From Malacoraja senta (Eukaryota), in NCBI GenBank assembly GCA_038087875.1, contig CM075992.1, positions 1,924,001-1,988,000 of the forward strand: a DNA stretch of 64,000 nucleotides. Direction: 5' to 3'. Positions 13,541 through 25,588 of the stretch are shown here, piece by piece. Both the position numbers and the translations under genes were made by a program. Numbering within the stretch: the stretch's first letter is position 1; each line of letters opens with the position of its first letter. The notes beneath the pieces are model-generated. The model searched no databases, was not told the origin of the DNA, and worked only from the letters and a program-made list of their open reading frames with translations.

Positions 13541-15290
13541 CTCTTTAGGAAACAGGCGTTGATTCTATAAACGATCCCAATGAAAAATGGATACATCAAT
13601 TTAATAAAATGCTCTGGAAGGAATGATGTGGTAAATATTCTAGCCTCTTACTCCAGCTTTTTGTGTCTATCCATACTTTAGTACTTTCCCAGATTAATTT
13701 CCCTCCCTCGGGTGCCACAGGCCAGTGGGGGCCCAGAATAGAAAAGACCTGAGTGTCTGGTGTACACAATCCCAGCAGATCCAACAACATTCTGGATACT
13801 AGTGATTTGAAATGTCACCTACATGTATACAGGTTCAAATCTGTTGTCTGCTATTCAAAAGTCATGTTTCAGTTTATTTTCATTACTCATTATTTTATCA
13901 TGAATAGCACCTGATCTTCTAGAGATTTGGGAGCTAAATTCCACTCTGACCCCCAAGAGATGCAGCAAAATGATCACATTTTACTGGAGTATTTTTTTGT
14001 TGAATTTCTTTTATTCGCAGCTGATTCTAATTTCCAAAAACAGGTGTGATGGGGTTATGGGGAGAAGGCAGGAGAATGGGTTCGGAGGGAGAGATAGATC
14101 GGCCGTGATCGGAGGGTGGGATAGACTTGGAGCTGGTATGAGGGTTCATAGATTATGCCCTCATCCTGTGAGAATTTTACAGTCTCTTTACTTTTATCCA
14201 GAAACCAGAAATTGAATTCTGATAACTTTTTATTTCAGGCAAGATGGGTTTATATAAACATATTATACCGTGCAATACTTTGGTGGATTCCTGACAATAA
14301 TAATGAGCATGTATATGTGAACAGGAATAGCTATTATTACCATGTGTAGTAATGCTGCCAGCAGTGGTAATAAAGTCAGCTCTTAAAGCTTGTATTGTTG
14401 ATTGGAAAGGAGAAAAAGGTCTTTATTGAGAATATTTAAAACATTCAGCCATTACTTTTCATTATTCAAAATTTCTCTTGAATTGGTTTCGATATTTGAC
14501 AATTTTCAATAACAATCTGAAAATTGCATGTATGAGTTTGTTATTGAGCAATTTTCATCTTAAGTTACGTCACCTAATGCGGTTTTAAGTATTAAGAAAT
14601 TCTGCGACCTATTATGATTTTCACAACATATCACACGTAGAACTGTGGTGAATGACTAGAGTTTTCTCCGGGTTCGAGTGCTGGGTCTCAGTATTTCTCT
14701 CCAGAGGTCTTTTCCTGCTCAGCTTTGGTGACTCCTCCCTCCTAATAGTTGCAAGTCACAGAACCACATTCCTAGTGGCTTTTAATATCTGACACTGCGG
14801 TGGGAGACCTAATTAATGCACAATTCATTATAAAAATGAAAAATTCTCACATTTCTCCAGAAAGATGACTCTTTTGCAACTCACAGTTCCACGGGTTCAC
14901 TCTATGAGAGCGCACTGCTAGATTAAGTTTGCATTCTTGAAGGTGACTACAGGTCTGGTTGGTTCTTGCTCAGCTCCCCTTTGAGAGCAAGGTAAAAAGG
15001 AACATGAATGTAGTGGGGATATTTATTGCCAACAGCTCAGTGATTTTGAAGCATCAGTATTCTCATTGAAAGTGCAATATTACCATACTCATTCATCTTC
15101 ACCTGATTTGAAAGTTATTGATGCACAGGAGTTAGTTGCCCTGCAGAACTTCAATCAGCTCCCCATTCTTTACCTGAGAGTCACAGCTCAGTGTTTGACT
15201 TGATGCATGAGCTTCAGGATTGAACACCAGAATATGATCATGAATGTATGTAACATTAAGGGATGGCTATGAAACCTACTCACTTATTAG

Positions 15291-15578
15291 TCATAGTCAT
15301 AGAGTGATACAGTGTGGAAACAGGCCCTTCGGCCCAACTTGCCCACATGTCCCAGCCACACTAGTCCCACCTGCCTGCGTTTGGTCCATAGCTCTCCAAA
15401 CTTATCCTATCCATGTACCTGTCTAACTGTTTCTTAAACATTGGGATAATCTCAGCCTCAACTACCTCCTCTGGCAGCTTGTTCCATGCACCCACCACCC
15501 TTTGTATGAAAAAGTTACCCCTCAGGTTTCTATTAAATCTTTTCCCCTTCACCTTGAACCTATGTCCTCTGGTCCTCG
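15291..15578 (-). mobile_element. CR1/HER1-type LINE 3' end
   Basis: FFIQRVVGAWNKLPEEVVEA; 3' UTR shared with the HE1-type SINE tail. Confidence 0.85.
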
Positions 15579-16300
15579 GGAAATATTCTTGTTCTGAGTG
15601 AGTTGAAACTTTGGCCTTTTATTTTTGCCTCAGCATCAAAACCAATATACATGATGGTAGATAATGGATTTTAAAGTTCACAAACGGAACTCAGTGAATA
15701 GTAAACATGAAGCTTGCGTGAATTTGTAACACTTTCTATTTTGTGTGACTTATTTCCAGTTCAGCTGCTTGGAGATTATGTGTAAATGTCAGTTGTTGTT
15801 GGGTGCAAGAGAATCTGTTATAGCCCTGTACCGCGGGGAAATAAGAAATAGTTCTTATCATATCATAGCATTTGACGCACTTCACACATGACTTACTTGT
15901 GGAGTGTAATGATGGGTATGTGAGAATTAACTGTAGCTATATATAATCTGAACTTTAAAAAGAGAGAAGCAACTATGAACAAACTTTGTCCAGACTTAGA
16001 TCCCATTGACCTTGCCAAATTGCCTCTAACTCTATCAAGTCCATCAGGCCTTCTCAGACCAAGTAAGTTTGAAATGATCTGTCATTAAATGCATAAGGAA
16101 GTGGTGTGGAGTGGAGCTTGCAAACAGATGTGATGCAAAACGAAGCTTTTCATTGTACGTCGGTACACATGGCAATAATAAACCTAAACATCTTACATGC
16201 GAATGTTTACAGAGGTCAAGTCACTGTTTCATAATGTGCTTTGGTTCTGATCCTAAATTGCACCCAAAATTTGTGGCTGGAAATAAGACTTGTGAGCCTC

Positions 16301-16479
16301 TTTAGGCGACTGCCAGGGACTAATTGTAATGGAATTCACCTACAACACCTGGCAACAACCTACGGCAACCTACGACAGCAAAAGTTGTCGCCACTGTCGC
16401 CGAAAATGTTTCAACATGTTGAACATTTTGTGGCAGTCGCCTGTAGTTGCCCAAAAATCACCTAAGTGGGACAGGCCCT
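16301..16479. mobile_element. PIF/Harbinger-like MITE, left end eroded
   Basis: Right TIR GTGGGACAGGCCCT followed by TTA; central TTCAACATGTTGAA palindrome. Confidence 0.7.
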
Positions 16480-16529
16480 TTACTCTTCTTTTGGTGCACT
16501 AAACACATATGTGAATGGTTATTTAGAAC

Positions 16530-16685
16530 ATCAAACCACATACAAATCAACCACCTTCTGCTCTGTCAGCCATTGCTGTGGCTATGTTTGCAGTTCCCAT
16601 ATTGGCCTCATTAGTCATCTCAGAACCCACAAAACTACGGTGAAAGAATATCATCCTCGATCCTGAGGGACTGCCTGAGAAGAAA
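16530..16685 (+). mobile_element. RTE-clade LINE 3' end (decayed)
   Basis: C-terminal Cys/His motif CGYVCSSHIGLISHLRTH followed by a short 3' UTR ending GAGGGACTGCCT and an AAG-rich tail. Confidence 0.65.
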
Positions 16686-16996
16686 CAGAAACAAACCAAT
16701 AATACTGGAAGTCCCCAACTAGTCAAGCCGCTTCTATGGAAAGAGAAACCAGTTAGTGTTTCAGGTCAATGACCTTCCTCAGAACAGATGCTGCAGATAG
16801 CTCTAGCGTCCACTTGGGTGACCCACATACATTTGGGAAATTGGCAAAAAAATATTGTTGGAGTGATCTTCACTCTGAATCACGCATTCAAACTTACCCT
16901 GTGCTCCCGATAGAAGCTACTTGTAGGGATTGTAGCTGTTGCATTATTGCTACTCTATAGCATGGGGAGCAAGCAAGAGCTATAAACAACCTCTCT

Positions 16997-17200
16997 CCAA
17001 GCCAATTTATACCAAGCCAATTAACCTACAAACCTGTACGTCTTTGAAGTGTGGGAGGAAACCAAAGATCTCGGAGAAAACCCACACAGGTCATGGGGAG
17101 AACGTACAAACTCCATACAGACAGCACCTGTAGTCAGGATCGAACCCGGGTCTCTGGCGCTGTAAGGCAACAATTCTCCTGCTGTACCACCGTGAAGCCC
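16997..17200 (-). mobile_element. HE1-type V-SINE 5' and central part
   Basis: tRNA-like B box GGTTCGATCC and V-domain on the minus strand. Confidence 0.85.
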
Positions 17201-17875
17201 CTTTGAAGAAGCAAAGCAGTACTTCTTTTAATCTTTCCACTTTGCTGTTTGTGAGAGCTGGCTATGTTGTTTTTTTCAGTCTCAGGCCAGGGATAAAAAG
17301 TGATGTATTTAGGTCTCAGTTAACAGTCGTGAAGTGTTACTAACTTCATGTTGCTCATCACCACAGCAAGTAGTGGCTTCCCTTTTTGCATCATACGAGA
17401 AGATCTTGTCAACTCTTTCCTTTCCTTCCCTTTTATCCTCATGCAATAATTTGTTATACAGGAGGCATCCTCCTCCTCCTCCTCATCAAGTCCATCATTG
17501 AACGAAAATGTCCTCCTCCAGGGTCCTACCAGTCCCATTCAGCACCACTCACAGAGCTTCTGTTCAATAATGGATTTGATGAGGGGTGATTTGTTGTTAA
17601 GGGTTGGGTCCCTTTTAGAGGATCATAAAAGATATGCCATCTTCTTCCTAAGCACACCTCCCTTTAGCTAGCCTGAAATTAAGAACATAGACGATGGCCA
17701 AGTGTATCATGAAGCATTGCACACGTGATTGACAAACACAAAGCATCGTTGAGCTGCCTTACCTTACAGGAATATGTTTCCTATTTCTCTGCTCACTGGA
17801 ACATCAACGTCAGTCTCAGCCCTTCATTCCATGAGGCGATGCACTCACAGAGCACTTGATCTGTCTAAGGCGTAC

Positions 17876-19000
17876 CAACTTTGGAGTATTGTGAGCAATT
17901 TTGGGCACCATATCTGAGGAAGGATGTGCTGACGCTGGAGAGGGTCCAGGGAAGGTTTGCGAGAATGATCCCAGGAATGAGCGTGTTAACCTATGATGAA
18001 CGTTTGTTGGCACTGGGCCTGTACTCGCTAGAGTTTAGAAGGATGAGGGGGGACCTCATTGAAACTTACTGAATAGTGAAAGGCCTGGATAGAATACATA
18101 GATACATAGATACATAGAAAATAGGTGCAGGAGTAGGCCATTCGGCCCTTCGAGCCTGCACCGCCATTCAATATGATCATGGCTGATCATCCAACTCAGT
18201 ATCCCGTACCTGCCTTCTCTCCATACCCCCTGATCCCCTTAGCCACAAGGGCCACATCTAACTCCCGCTTAAATATAGCCAATGAACTGGCCTCAACTAC
18301 CCTCTGTGGCAGAGAGTTCCAGAGATTCACCACTCTCTGTGTGAAAACGTTTTTCCTCATCTCGGTCTTAAAGGATTTCCCCCTTATCCTTAAACTGTGA
18401 CCCCTTGTCCTGGACTTCCCCAACATCGGGAACAATCTTCCTGCATCTAGCCTGTCCAACCCCATAAGAATTTTGTACGTTTCTATAAGATCCCCTCTCA
18501 ATCTCCTAAATTCTAGCGAGTATAAGCCAAGTCTATCCAGTCTTTCTTCATATGAAAGTCCTGACATCCCAGGAATCAGTCTGGTGAACCTTCTCTGCAC
18601 TCCCTCTATGGCTATAATGTCCTTCATCCTCTCCACATGGCTAGAATGGATGTGGAGAGGATGTTTGCACTAGTGGGAGGGTCTATGACCAGAGGTCACA
18701 GCCTCAGAATAAAAGGAAGTTTCTTTAGGAAGGAGATGAAGAGGTATTTCTTTAGTCAGAGGGTGATGAATCTATGTAATTAATTGCCACAGAAGGCTGT
18801 GGAGGCCAAGTTGATGGATATTTTGGATGCAGAGATGGATAGATTCTTGATCCGTACGGGTGTCAGGGGTTATGGGGAGAAGGCAGGAGAATGGGGTTGA
18901 GGGGGAGATAGATCTGCAATGATTCCAAATATTTGAATGGCGGAGTAGACTTGATGGGCCAAATGGCCTAATTCTTCTCCTATCGCTTATGATCTTATGA
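17876..19000 (+). mobile_element. Older CR1 fragment split by a young antisense CR1
   Basis: LEYCEQFWAPYLRKDV...; (CTTATGA)n tail. Confidence 0.9.
18096..18625 (-). mobile_element. Young CR1 3' fragment nested in older CR1
   Basis: Intact ORF2 C-terminus with (TATCTATG)n tail. Confidence 0.93.
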
Positions 19001-19091
19001 ACATGATCTGCACGTGAGATCTAACCTGGCCACCTCCATCCCTGCCCAGACAGGCAGTCTTTCTTCCCCTTCCCATTATCTCAGAGTACAA

Positions 19092-19315
19092 TCAGCCCGA
19101 AGAAGGGCCCCGACCCGAAACGTCACCTATCCACATTCTCCAGAGATGCTGCCTGACCTGTTGAGTTACTCCAGCACTCTGTGAAACGTCACCTATCCAC
19201 GTTCTCCACAGATGCTGCCTGACCTGTTGGGTTACTCCAGCACTCTGTGAAACATCATCTGTCCATGTTCTCCAGAGATGCTGCCTGACCCGCTGAGTTA
19301 CTCCAGCACTTTGTA
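19092..19315 (+). repeat. PLE-derived 66-bp tandem array (x3)
   Basis: Units begin GAAAC at 19117, 19183 and 19249; flanking duplication ATCTCAGARTACAA. Confidence 0.85.
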
Positions 19316-19838
19316 GCTAGATTTAATCTCAGAATACAACTCCAGTTAAAAGTTTTTTTTTGTACAGATGGTTGCACTGAGACTGCCTTGACCGAGCTCA
19401 CCGAGATTGCCATTTCATCAGCCTGTTAGGTTTGAACCCATGAGTCACATTCAAGGTCCTCATTGGAGACTGTTTTTTGTGTTGAGTGTTTGGAGTTGTT
19501 TATTCTTTGCGCGGTGATTATCTTGCCCCTGAGATGTGTGTTTGTGCTGTTTGGGGTCCCATTACATTAGTACAGAGATGATTAGGTGTAATTTAATGGA
19601 ACAACCTGGAGAATGTGTGGGATCTATTTAAATGAGCTGAATAAACATGAAGGAATTACAGCTAATTAGCATAGTTTAATCGATTTCTGTTCTGAAAGCT
19701 GGAAGTTGAGTGTTAAATATCACCAAACAGATTTTATTTTTCAGCTTTTTTGAGGCTCAGGGAGAAAGAAATGTGTTGAGATATATCAACGTGGTAACAA
19801 TGTGAATACGCCAACTGATCCAGAGACTTAAATGTGGA

Positions 19839-19935
19839 AGGTACACAAAAATGCTGGAGAAACTCAGCGGGTGCAGCAGCATCTATGGAGCGAAGGAAAT
19901 AGGCAACGTTTCGGGCCGAAACCCTTCTTCAGACT
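19839..19935 (-). mobile_element. PLE family B single tail-less arm
   Basis: 15-bp duplication AGACTTAAATGTGGA at 19824-19838 and 19931-19945. Confidence 0.9.
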
Positions 19936-20371
19936 TAAATGTGGATCTCCCCACTGCAACGAGAGGATTTGAATTCCAGCTATTAAATAAATCTGCAATA
20001 AAAATACTGTCTCAGTAACGGTGACGATAAAATCACTGGATTGTACTAAACAACCCTACTGTCTGAAGAAGGGTGGCGTGAGGAAAAAATATTTCCACAC
20101 ACCGATTCTCAGTCTGAGTTTTATTATTGTCACCAGCTCTGACTTCCATATTTCAGCTCAAATGTTTCCATGGGAGGGCTGTGCAAAAAGGAACTAGCCG
20201 ACTGTCTAGACTGTAATCTTCAAGTCAATTCATTCTGTATAACCAGCCATCTGCTGGTCAGCTGGTCTCCATGTGCCATCCAAACTTGGAAAAGGGGTTG
20301 CTTGGGCAGCTTACATCCCAGCGGTAGGAACATTGACGTCTCTAACTTCAGATAGCCCTTGCTTTCCCTCT

Positions 20372-20558
20372 CTGAACTGCAAAATACTATATTATTATTT
20401 GTTATTTGCTCTATATTTGTTATTTATTGAACTTTTTCTTTTTTTCCCCGTTATATACAATGTTTACATATTCACATATACTGTTGTGCTGCAGCAAGTA
20501 AGAATTTCATTGTCCCGTCCAGGACATATGACAATAAAACACTCTTGACTCTCGACTC
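20372..20558 (+). mobile_element. Rex1/Babar-type 3' UTR nested in PLE
   Basis: GCAAGTAAGAATTTCATTGTC...GACAATAAA plus CTTGACT-like tail. Confidence 0.75.
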
Positions 20559-20669
20559 ACCATCCCCCTCCCCCTTCCCAGTTCTCCGACCAGTCTTACT
20601 GTCTCCGACTGCATTTTATCTCTGTGTGCTTTGTTGTTACCTTCTCCCAACTAACGATGATCTATTCTA

Positions 20670-20856
20670 AGGTACACAAAAATGCTGGAAAAACTCAGCG
20701 GGTGCAGCAGCATCTATGGAGCGAAGGAAATAGGCAACGTTTCGGCCCGAAACGTTGCCTATTTCCTTCGCTCCATAGATGCTGCTGCACCCGCTGAACC
20801 TCTCCAGCATTTTTGTGTACCTTCGATTTTCCAGCATCTGCAGTTCCTTCTTTAAC
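20670..20856 (+). mobile_element. PLE family B fold-back palindrome
   Basis: Near-perfect inverted arms centred at 20746; TSD ATGATCTATTCTA at 20657-20669 and 21277-21289. Confidence 0.9.
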
Positions 20857-21269
20857 TCGCTAGAATTTAGGAGATTGAGAGGGGATCTTATAGAAACGTA
20901 CAAAATTCTTATGGGGTTGGACAGGCTAGATGCAGGAAGATTGTTCCCGATGTTGGGGAAGTCCAGGACAAGGGGTCACAGCTTAAGGATAAGGGGGAAA
21001 TCCTTTAAGACCGAGATGAGGAAAAACTTTTTCACACAGAGAGTGGTGAATCTCTGGAACTCTCTGCCACAGAGGGTAGTTGACGCGTTCATTGGCTATA
21101 TTTAAGAGGGAGTTAGATGTGGCCCTTGTGTCTATAGGGATCAGGGGGTATGGAGAGAAGGCAGGTACGGGATACTGAGTTGGATGATCAGCCATGATCG
21201 TATTGAATGGCGGTGCAGGCTCGAAGGGCCGAATGGCCTACTCCTGCACCTATTTTCTATGTATCTATG
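20855..21269 (+). mobile_element. Young CR1 3' fragment inserted into a PLE-B tail
   Basis: SLEFRRLRGDLIETYKILMG...; tail TATCTATG. Confidence 0.92.
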
Positions 21270-22020
21270 TAACACAATGATCTATTCTACTTGTTCCTTG
21301 ATCTCTATTCCCTTTGTCCTGTTTTCACACCCTACACTTCTTTATCTATACACTTCCTTATCTATGTACCTCCCACGCCCCTGACATCAGTCTGAAGAAG
21401 GGTCACGACCCGAAACGTCACCCATTCCTTCTCTCCAGAGATGCTGCCTGTCCCGCTGAGTCGCTCCAGCGTTTTATGTCTATCTTCGATTTAAACCAGC
21501 ATCTGCAGTTCCTTCACACACATGCTGCATCTAACTGGTTCATCACTAGGAGAAGGGTGTGAGGTGAAGAGGTTGAGGTTGCAGGAGGGGTCGTGGTGTG
21601 GCAGAGATGGGATCATGATAAACCGAAACAACAAAACCACTGCAGATGCTGCAAATGTAACATGAAATAGAAACGCTTTCTGCCCTGAGCACACGGGTGG
21701 GATCTGTGGGCAGTGTGGGCCTGTCGATGTTTTAGGCCAAAGTGTTAGCACAAGGGGAGCTGATCAGAGCTGTGCAAGTTGGAGGACAAGGCTAAGCCAA
21801 GAAAGGAACAGGCCGGAATTCCTCTCTGAAATTAAAAGCATCTTATCATGGGTTACAGAGAGAGACAACTTCACTTTAAAAGCAGAAGTGCGAGGTTTCT
21901 ATACTTCCGATGCAGACATATATGTAGTTGAAATTGTTGGCTTGTTAAAATGGGTGGAGCTAATTGTATCTAGTAGTCTATATCACTATGGACACCTATG
22001 GGTCCCATATTGACATCTAT

Positions 22021-22173
22021 GTTTAGTTTAGTTTTGAGATACAGCGTAGAAACAGGCCCTTCAGCCCACCGAGTCCCCGCTGACCAGCGATCCCCGCACA
22101 CTACCCCGCACACTCTAGGGATGATTTAACAATTTTACCAAGCCAATTAGCCTACAAACCTGTACATCTTTGG
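22021..22173 (-). mobile_element. HE1-type SINE 3' part
   Basis: (GTTTA)n, GAAACAGGCCCTTC and CAGCGATCCCCGCAC. Confidence 0.8.
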
Positions 22174-22964
22174 TGTAAACCAGCATCCGCATCTTCCTTC
22201 CTACAAGGAATGAAGAGATCGCTCCTCTCCTTCGGATCATGCATGTCACGGAGATGGAGTGTTTAGCTTCCATAAGCTTGGACTTTGGAGCAGTTCACTC
22301 TGTGTTTTATTGCATGTCTGTACGAGCGTGTGCTGAGATAATGTTTTGAGGACAGATGTCCTTGTCCATTGTTGCGTAGATATGGAGTAATAGATGGGTA
22401 AGAAAGGATAACACCGATCAAATCCTCTTTGCAATACTTGGTGCATTTTTGGAACTGATATGAAGCTGAACTAATGTAAATGTGTTTTGGTGACTCAGTG
22501 CTTCCATACCACCCACAGCTATACTTCTGACTGTTGTTTCCTAATAATCAACACCGATTAGAATACCTTCCCAGTGTTCCCCTGCTCACCGCCATTTCCC
22601 ACCATAAAGGCATTGCTTTACATTGCAAATAGTCCAATGGCTCTCGGCTTCACTTCAGCTGGTCATTGTACTTCACTTTAGCCGTTGTCCATGTGAGAGT
22701 CAGGCATGGAATTGGGTGAACATAAGGGGATTCACAACTGACGCCAGTCCTGTCCGGGCCAGATGTCCACCCATTCAGGAGCAGGAGTCCTGACTCATCA
22801 TTCAGATTAACCTGGCCAAGAATCCAAATGCTAATTATTCCACTCTATTGCACTTTGGCTGGCACAAGCCAACCAACATGCCTATCCAAACTAATCCCAT
22901 TTGTCTCTTCTCTCATATCCCATAATGCTTTCCATGTGCCATTTCAAGCTAGCTCATCTTTTCT

Positions 22965-23985
22965 CTGACATTTCCGCCACCTTCAACGTGATCCCACAAC
23001 TAGTTACATCTTCCCATCCCAACCCATTTCCACCTTAGGCAGAGACCACTGCCTCCGCTACTGCTTGGTTCACCTTCCCACCCAAACCACCATCTCCCCA
23101 CGTACTTTCCCCTACAACCACAGCAGATATAACACTTGTTCCTCACATCTACCCCACCCCCACCTTCTCTCCCCCCCTTTTTTTCCACCCTCTTTACCCT
23201 GTGCCCCATCTGGATTCACACCTATTTCTCACCTCCCCCCCCCTCTTTCCACATATATTCCTTCCTCTGGCTTCTCAATTTCCATCTCTTTTTATGCACT
23301 GCAATGGCAATACGCATTTCACGACACCAATTGTTGTATGTGACTAATAAAGAACCTTTGAACCTTTGAACCTCTTCAATCCTCACCTTCAGTCTCCCAC
23401 TTTTTGTTTTTTCATCTCTGGCTTTGTCCAACCATCTGCAAATCAAACCCCCCCTCCCCCCCCTCACTTGTATCCACCTATCTATCACTTGTCAGGATTT
23501 GTCCTGTCCCCTCTTCCAGATTTCTCCTTCCCAACAGAAACAGTCTAAAGAAGGGCTCCAACCCGAAACTTCACGTATTTGTGTTCTATAGAGATATTGC
23601 GTGACCCACTGAGTTAAGGGCCTGTCCCACTGTACGAGGTAATTCAAGAGCTATCCCGAGTTTCCCCTGATTCGAACTCGGAGAATTACAGTAATAGCCG
23701 TTCGCGGGTACTCGGGGCTCTCGTGGACATTTTTCAACATGTTGAAAAATCTTCACGAGTCTTCACGAGCTTACCGCCTTTCCCGAGTACCTGCCGTTTG
23801 CGTTACGAGCCGCTAAGAGACATCCCCGAGCTCCGACGTACCCGCTACGTACGTTCTACGTGCTTACCACGAGTTTGATTTTTTTTTTAAACTAGGGAGA
23901 GCTCTTGAATTACCTCGTACAGTGGGACAGGGCTATTACTCCAGCACTTTGTGCCTTTTTTTGTCAACCATCCTCTGCAGTGTCT
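22965..23985 (+). mobile_element. Older PLE remnant (ORF linker plus 3' end) with nested Rex tail and MITE
   Basis: FRHLQRDPTTSYIFPS...RTFPYNHSRYNTC is a decayed PLE RT-to-endonuclease linker; decayed pLTR at about 23540-23985. Confidence 0.75.
23617..23935. mobile_element. PIF/Harbinger-like MITE
   Basis: TIR core CCTGTCCCACTGTACGAGGTAATTCAAGAGCT, TTA target duplication (23614-23616 and 23936-23938), central palindrome. Confidence 0.88.
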
Positions 23986-24036
23986 CCCCTTTGTAACCTC
24001 TTCTCCAAAGTCTTTGAACATATTATATAGCCTCCT

Positions 24037-24158
24037 AGGTACACAAAAATGCTGGAGAAACTCAGCAGGTGCAACAGCATCTATGGAGCGAAGGAAATAG
24101 GTAACGTTTTGGGCCGAAACCCTTCTTCAGACTGATAGGGGGTGGGGAGAAGAAAGGA
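24037..24158 (-). mobile_element. PLE family B tail-less arm
   Basis: TSD ATATAGCCTCCTA at 24025-24037 and 24159-24171. Confidence 0.88.
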
Positions 24159-24278
24159 ATATAGCCTCCTAATTGAGTGCCAGCTTGAAAGCAGGTTCCA
24201 GCTGTAGTACTGATGCTACCCAAATCAATATCAATAACAAATCAAAACTAATCAGTAAACTAACCAAGTAAAATTACC

Positions 24279-24373
24279 GATAGACACTAAATGCTGGAGT
24301 AACTCAGCGGAACAGGCAGCGTCTGTGGAGAGAAGGAATGGGTGACGTTTCGGGTCGAGACCCTTCTTCAGAC
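24279..24373 (-). mobile_element. PLE family A arm
   Basis: Consensus arm including the hammerhead-like motif on the minus strand. Confidence 0.85.
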
Positions 24374-24550
24374 CTTTCCTATACAATTAAAATCATTAAC
24401 AGATGGCTTTAAAAATAATCTTCAGACCACATAACCACCACATTTTTAAGATGCCTACACACTATGACATCGACCCCACCCTCCTCCTACCTATCCCCAA
24501 ATCAATGTGAGCTCAATTGTTGGCAGAAACCTTTACCCTTTGAATATTGT

Positions 24551-25051
24551 TTTTTTTTAATTTTTTTTTTTATTTTTATTTATTAGAAGTACATTACATT
24601 ACAACCACATACATTAATACTCGTCATTTATATCTTCTTACAATTAATGTACTCCCTTTATTTATTTTTTTACACTAGAAAAAGAAAAGATTGAAAGAGA
24701 GAAGAAAGTGAAGGAAAAAGTGCAAGTGTAGAAAAGTGTAGAAAATGAAAAGAAAAAGAGTTAAGAAATAGGCCCTAAGAAAAGAAAAGAAAAAGAGAAA
24801 GAAAGAGAAACAAATGTTTTTTTTTTGAGCATCACGTAAATAGGACATACCAACTCTTCAACTATCATCCCCCCTTACCTGACCTCAATTTTTTATTTTT
24901 TTTAAAGTACTTTTGCACCCTATGTTTGTAATAATTCTATAAATGCAGACCACGTCAGGTGGAAGTGATCTGGTTTACCTGCTAGGAGGAGTCTTATCTC
25001 TTCTAGGTGTAATGTTTCAAACATATTTGAAATCCACATATTTATAGTTGG
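24551..25051 (-). mobile_element. 5'-truncated L1-clade LINE
   Basis: ORF2 C-terminus PTINMWISNMFETLHLEEIRLLLAGKPDHFHLTWSAFIELLQT*, poly(A) tail, and 16-bp TSD ACCCTTTGAATATTGT (24535-24550 and 25052-25067). Confidence 0.85.
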
Positions 25052-25454
25052 ACCCTTTGAATATTGTAACAACCATTTGGCCACTTTGTAATTCTACTTT
25101 CCGGAAGCGAAATAATCGGTAATGCGGTTGCCCACGCTCCACAACCCATCTATCCATCATCCATGAAGCCTATGATAGACCAGGGCTCTATATATTGGAA
25201 ACAGAGATAGAGCACGGCTCTGCATGGTGGAGGTAGAGATAGAGCACGTCTTTGTTCATTAGAGATGTAGATAAAGTACAGCACTGCTGGGCACACGCAT
25301 TGAGCACAGTTGTCCACAGATGTCAGCTTTAAATCAAAGGTTTCTCGAGCTATTAACATGGAACATTAAATATAAACATTTAATGGTTTCTGGAAATGAA
25401 ATAATACTGCTTTCCACAAATCAGCGCCATAAATACTGACTTAAATATATCATA

Positions 25455-25588
25455 GTGTAGGAAGGAACTGCAGATGCTGAATTACACCAAAGGTAGACAC
25501 AAAACTTGCTGGAGTAACTCAGCGGGACAGGCAGCGTCTCTGGAGAGAAGGAATGGGTGACGTTTTGGGTCGAGACCCTGCTTCAGAC
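25455..25588 (-). mobile_element. PLE family A arm with tail
   Basis: Flanking duplication ATATATCATA. Confidence 0.85.

Larger units (their letters stand above)
20298..21521 (+). mobile_element. Penelope-like retroelement 3' portion (ORF C-terminus, 3' UTR, pLTR) with three nested insertions
   Basis: LGSLHPSGRNIDVSNFR* is a typical PLE GIY-YIG C-terminus; a pyrimidine-rich UTR follows, then CTGAAGAAGGGTCACGACCCGAAACGTC and the tail. Confidence 0.85.

Noticed and set aside
17461..17586. Ser-rich exon-like segment after a pyrimidine tract
   Set aside because: No recognisable homology, weak donor, and the (TCC)n repeat explains the composition.
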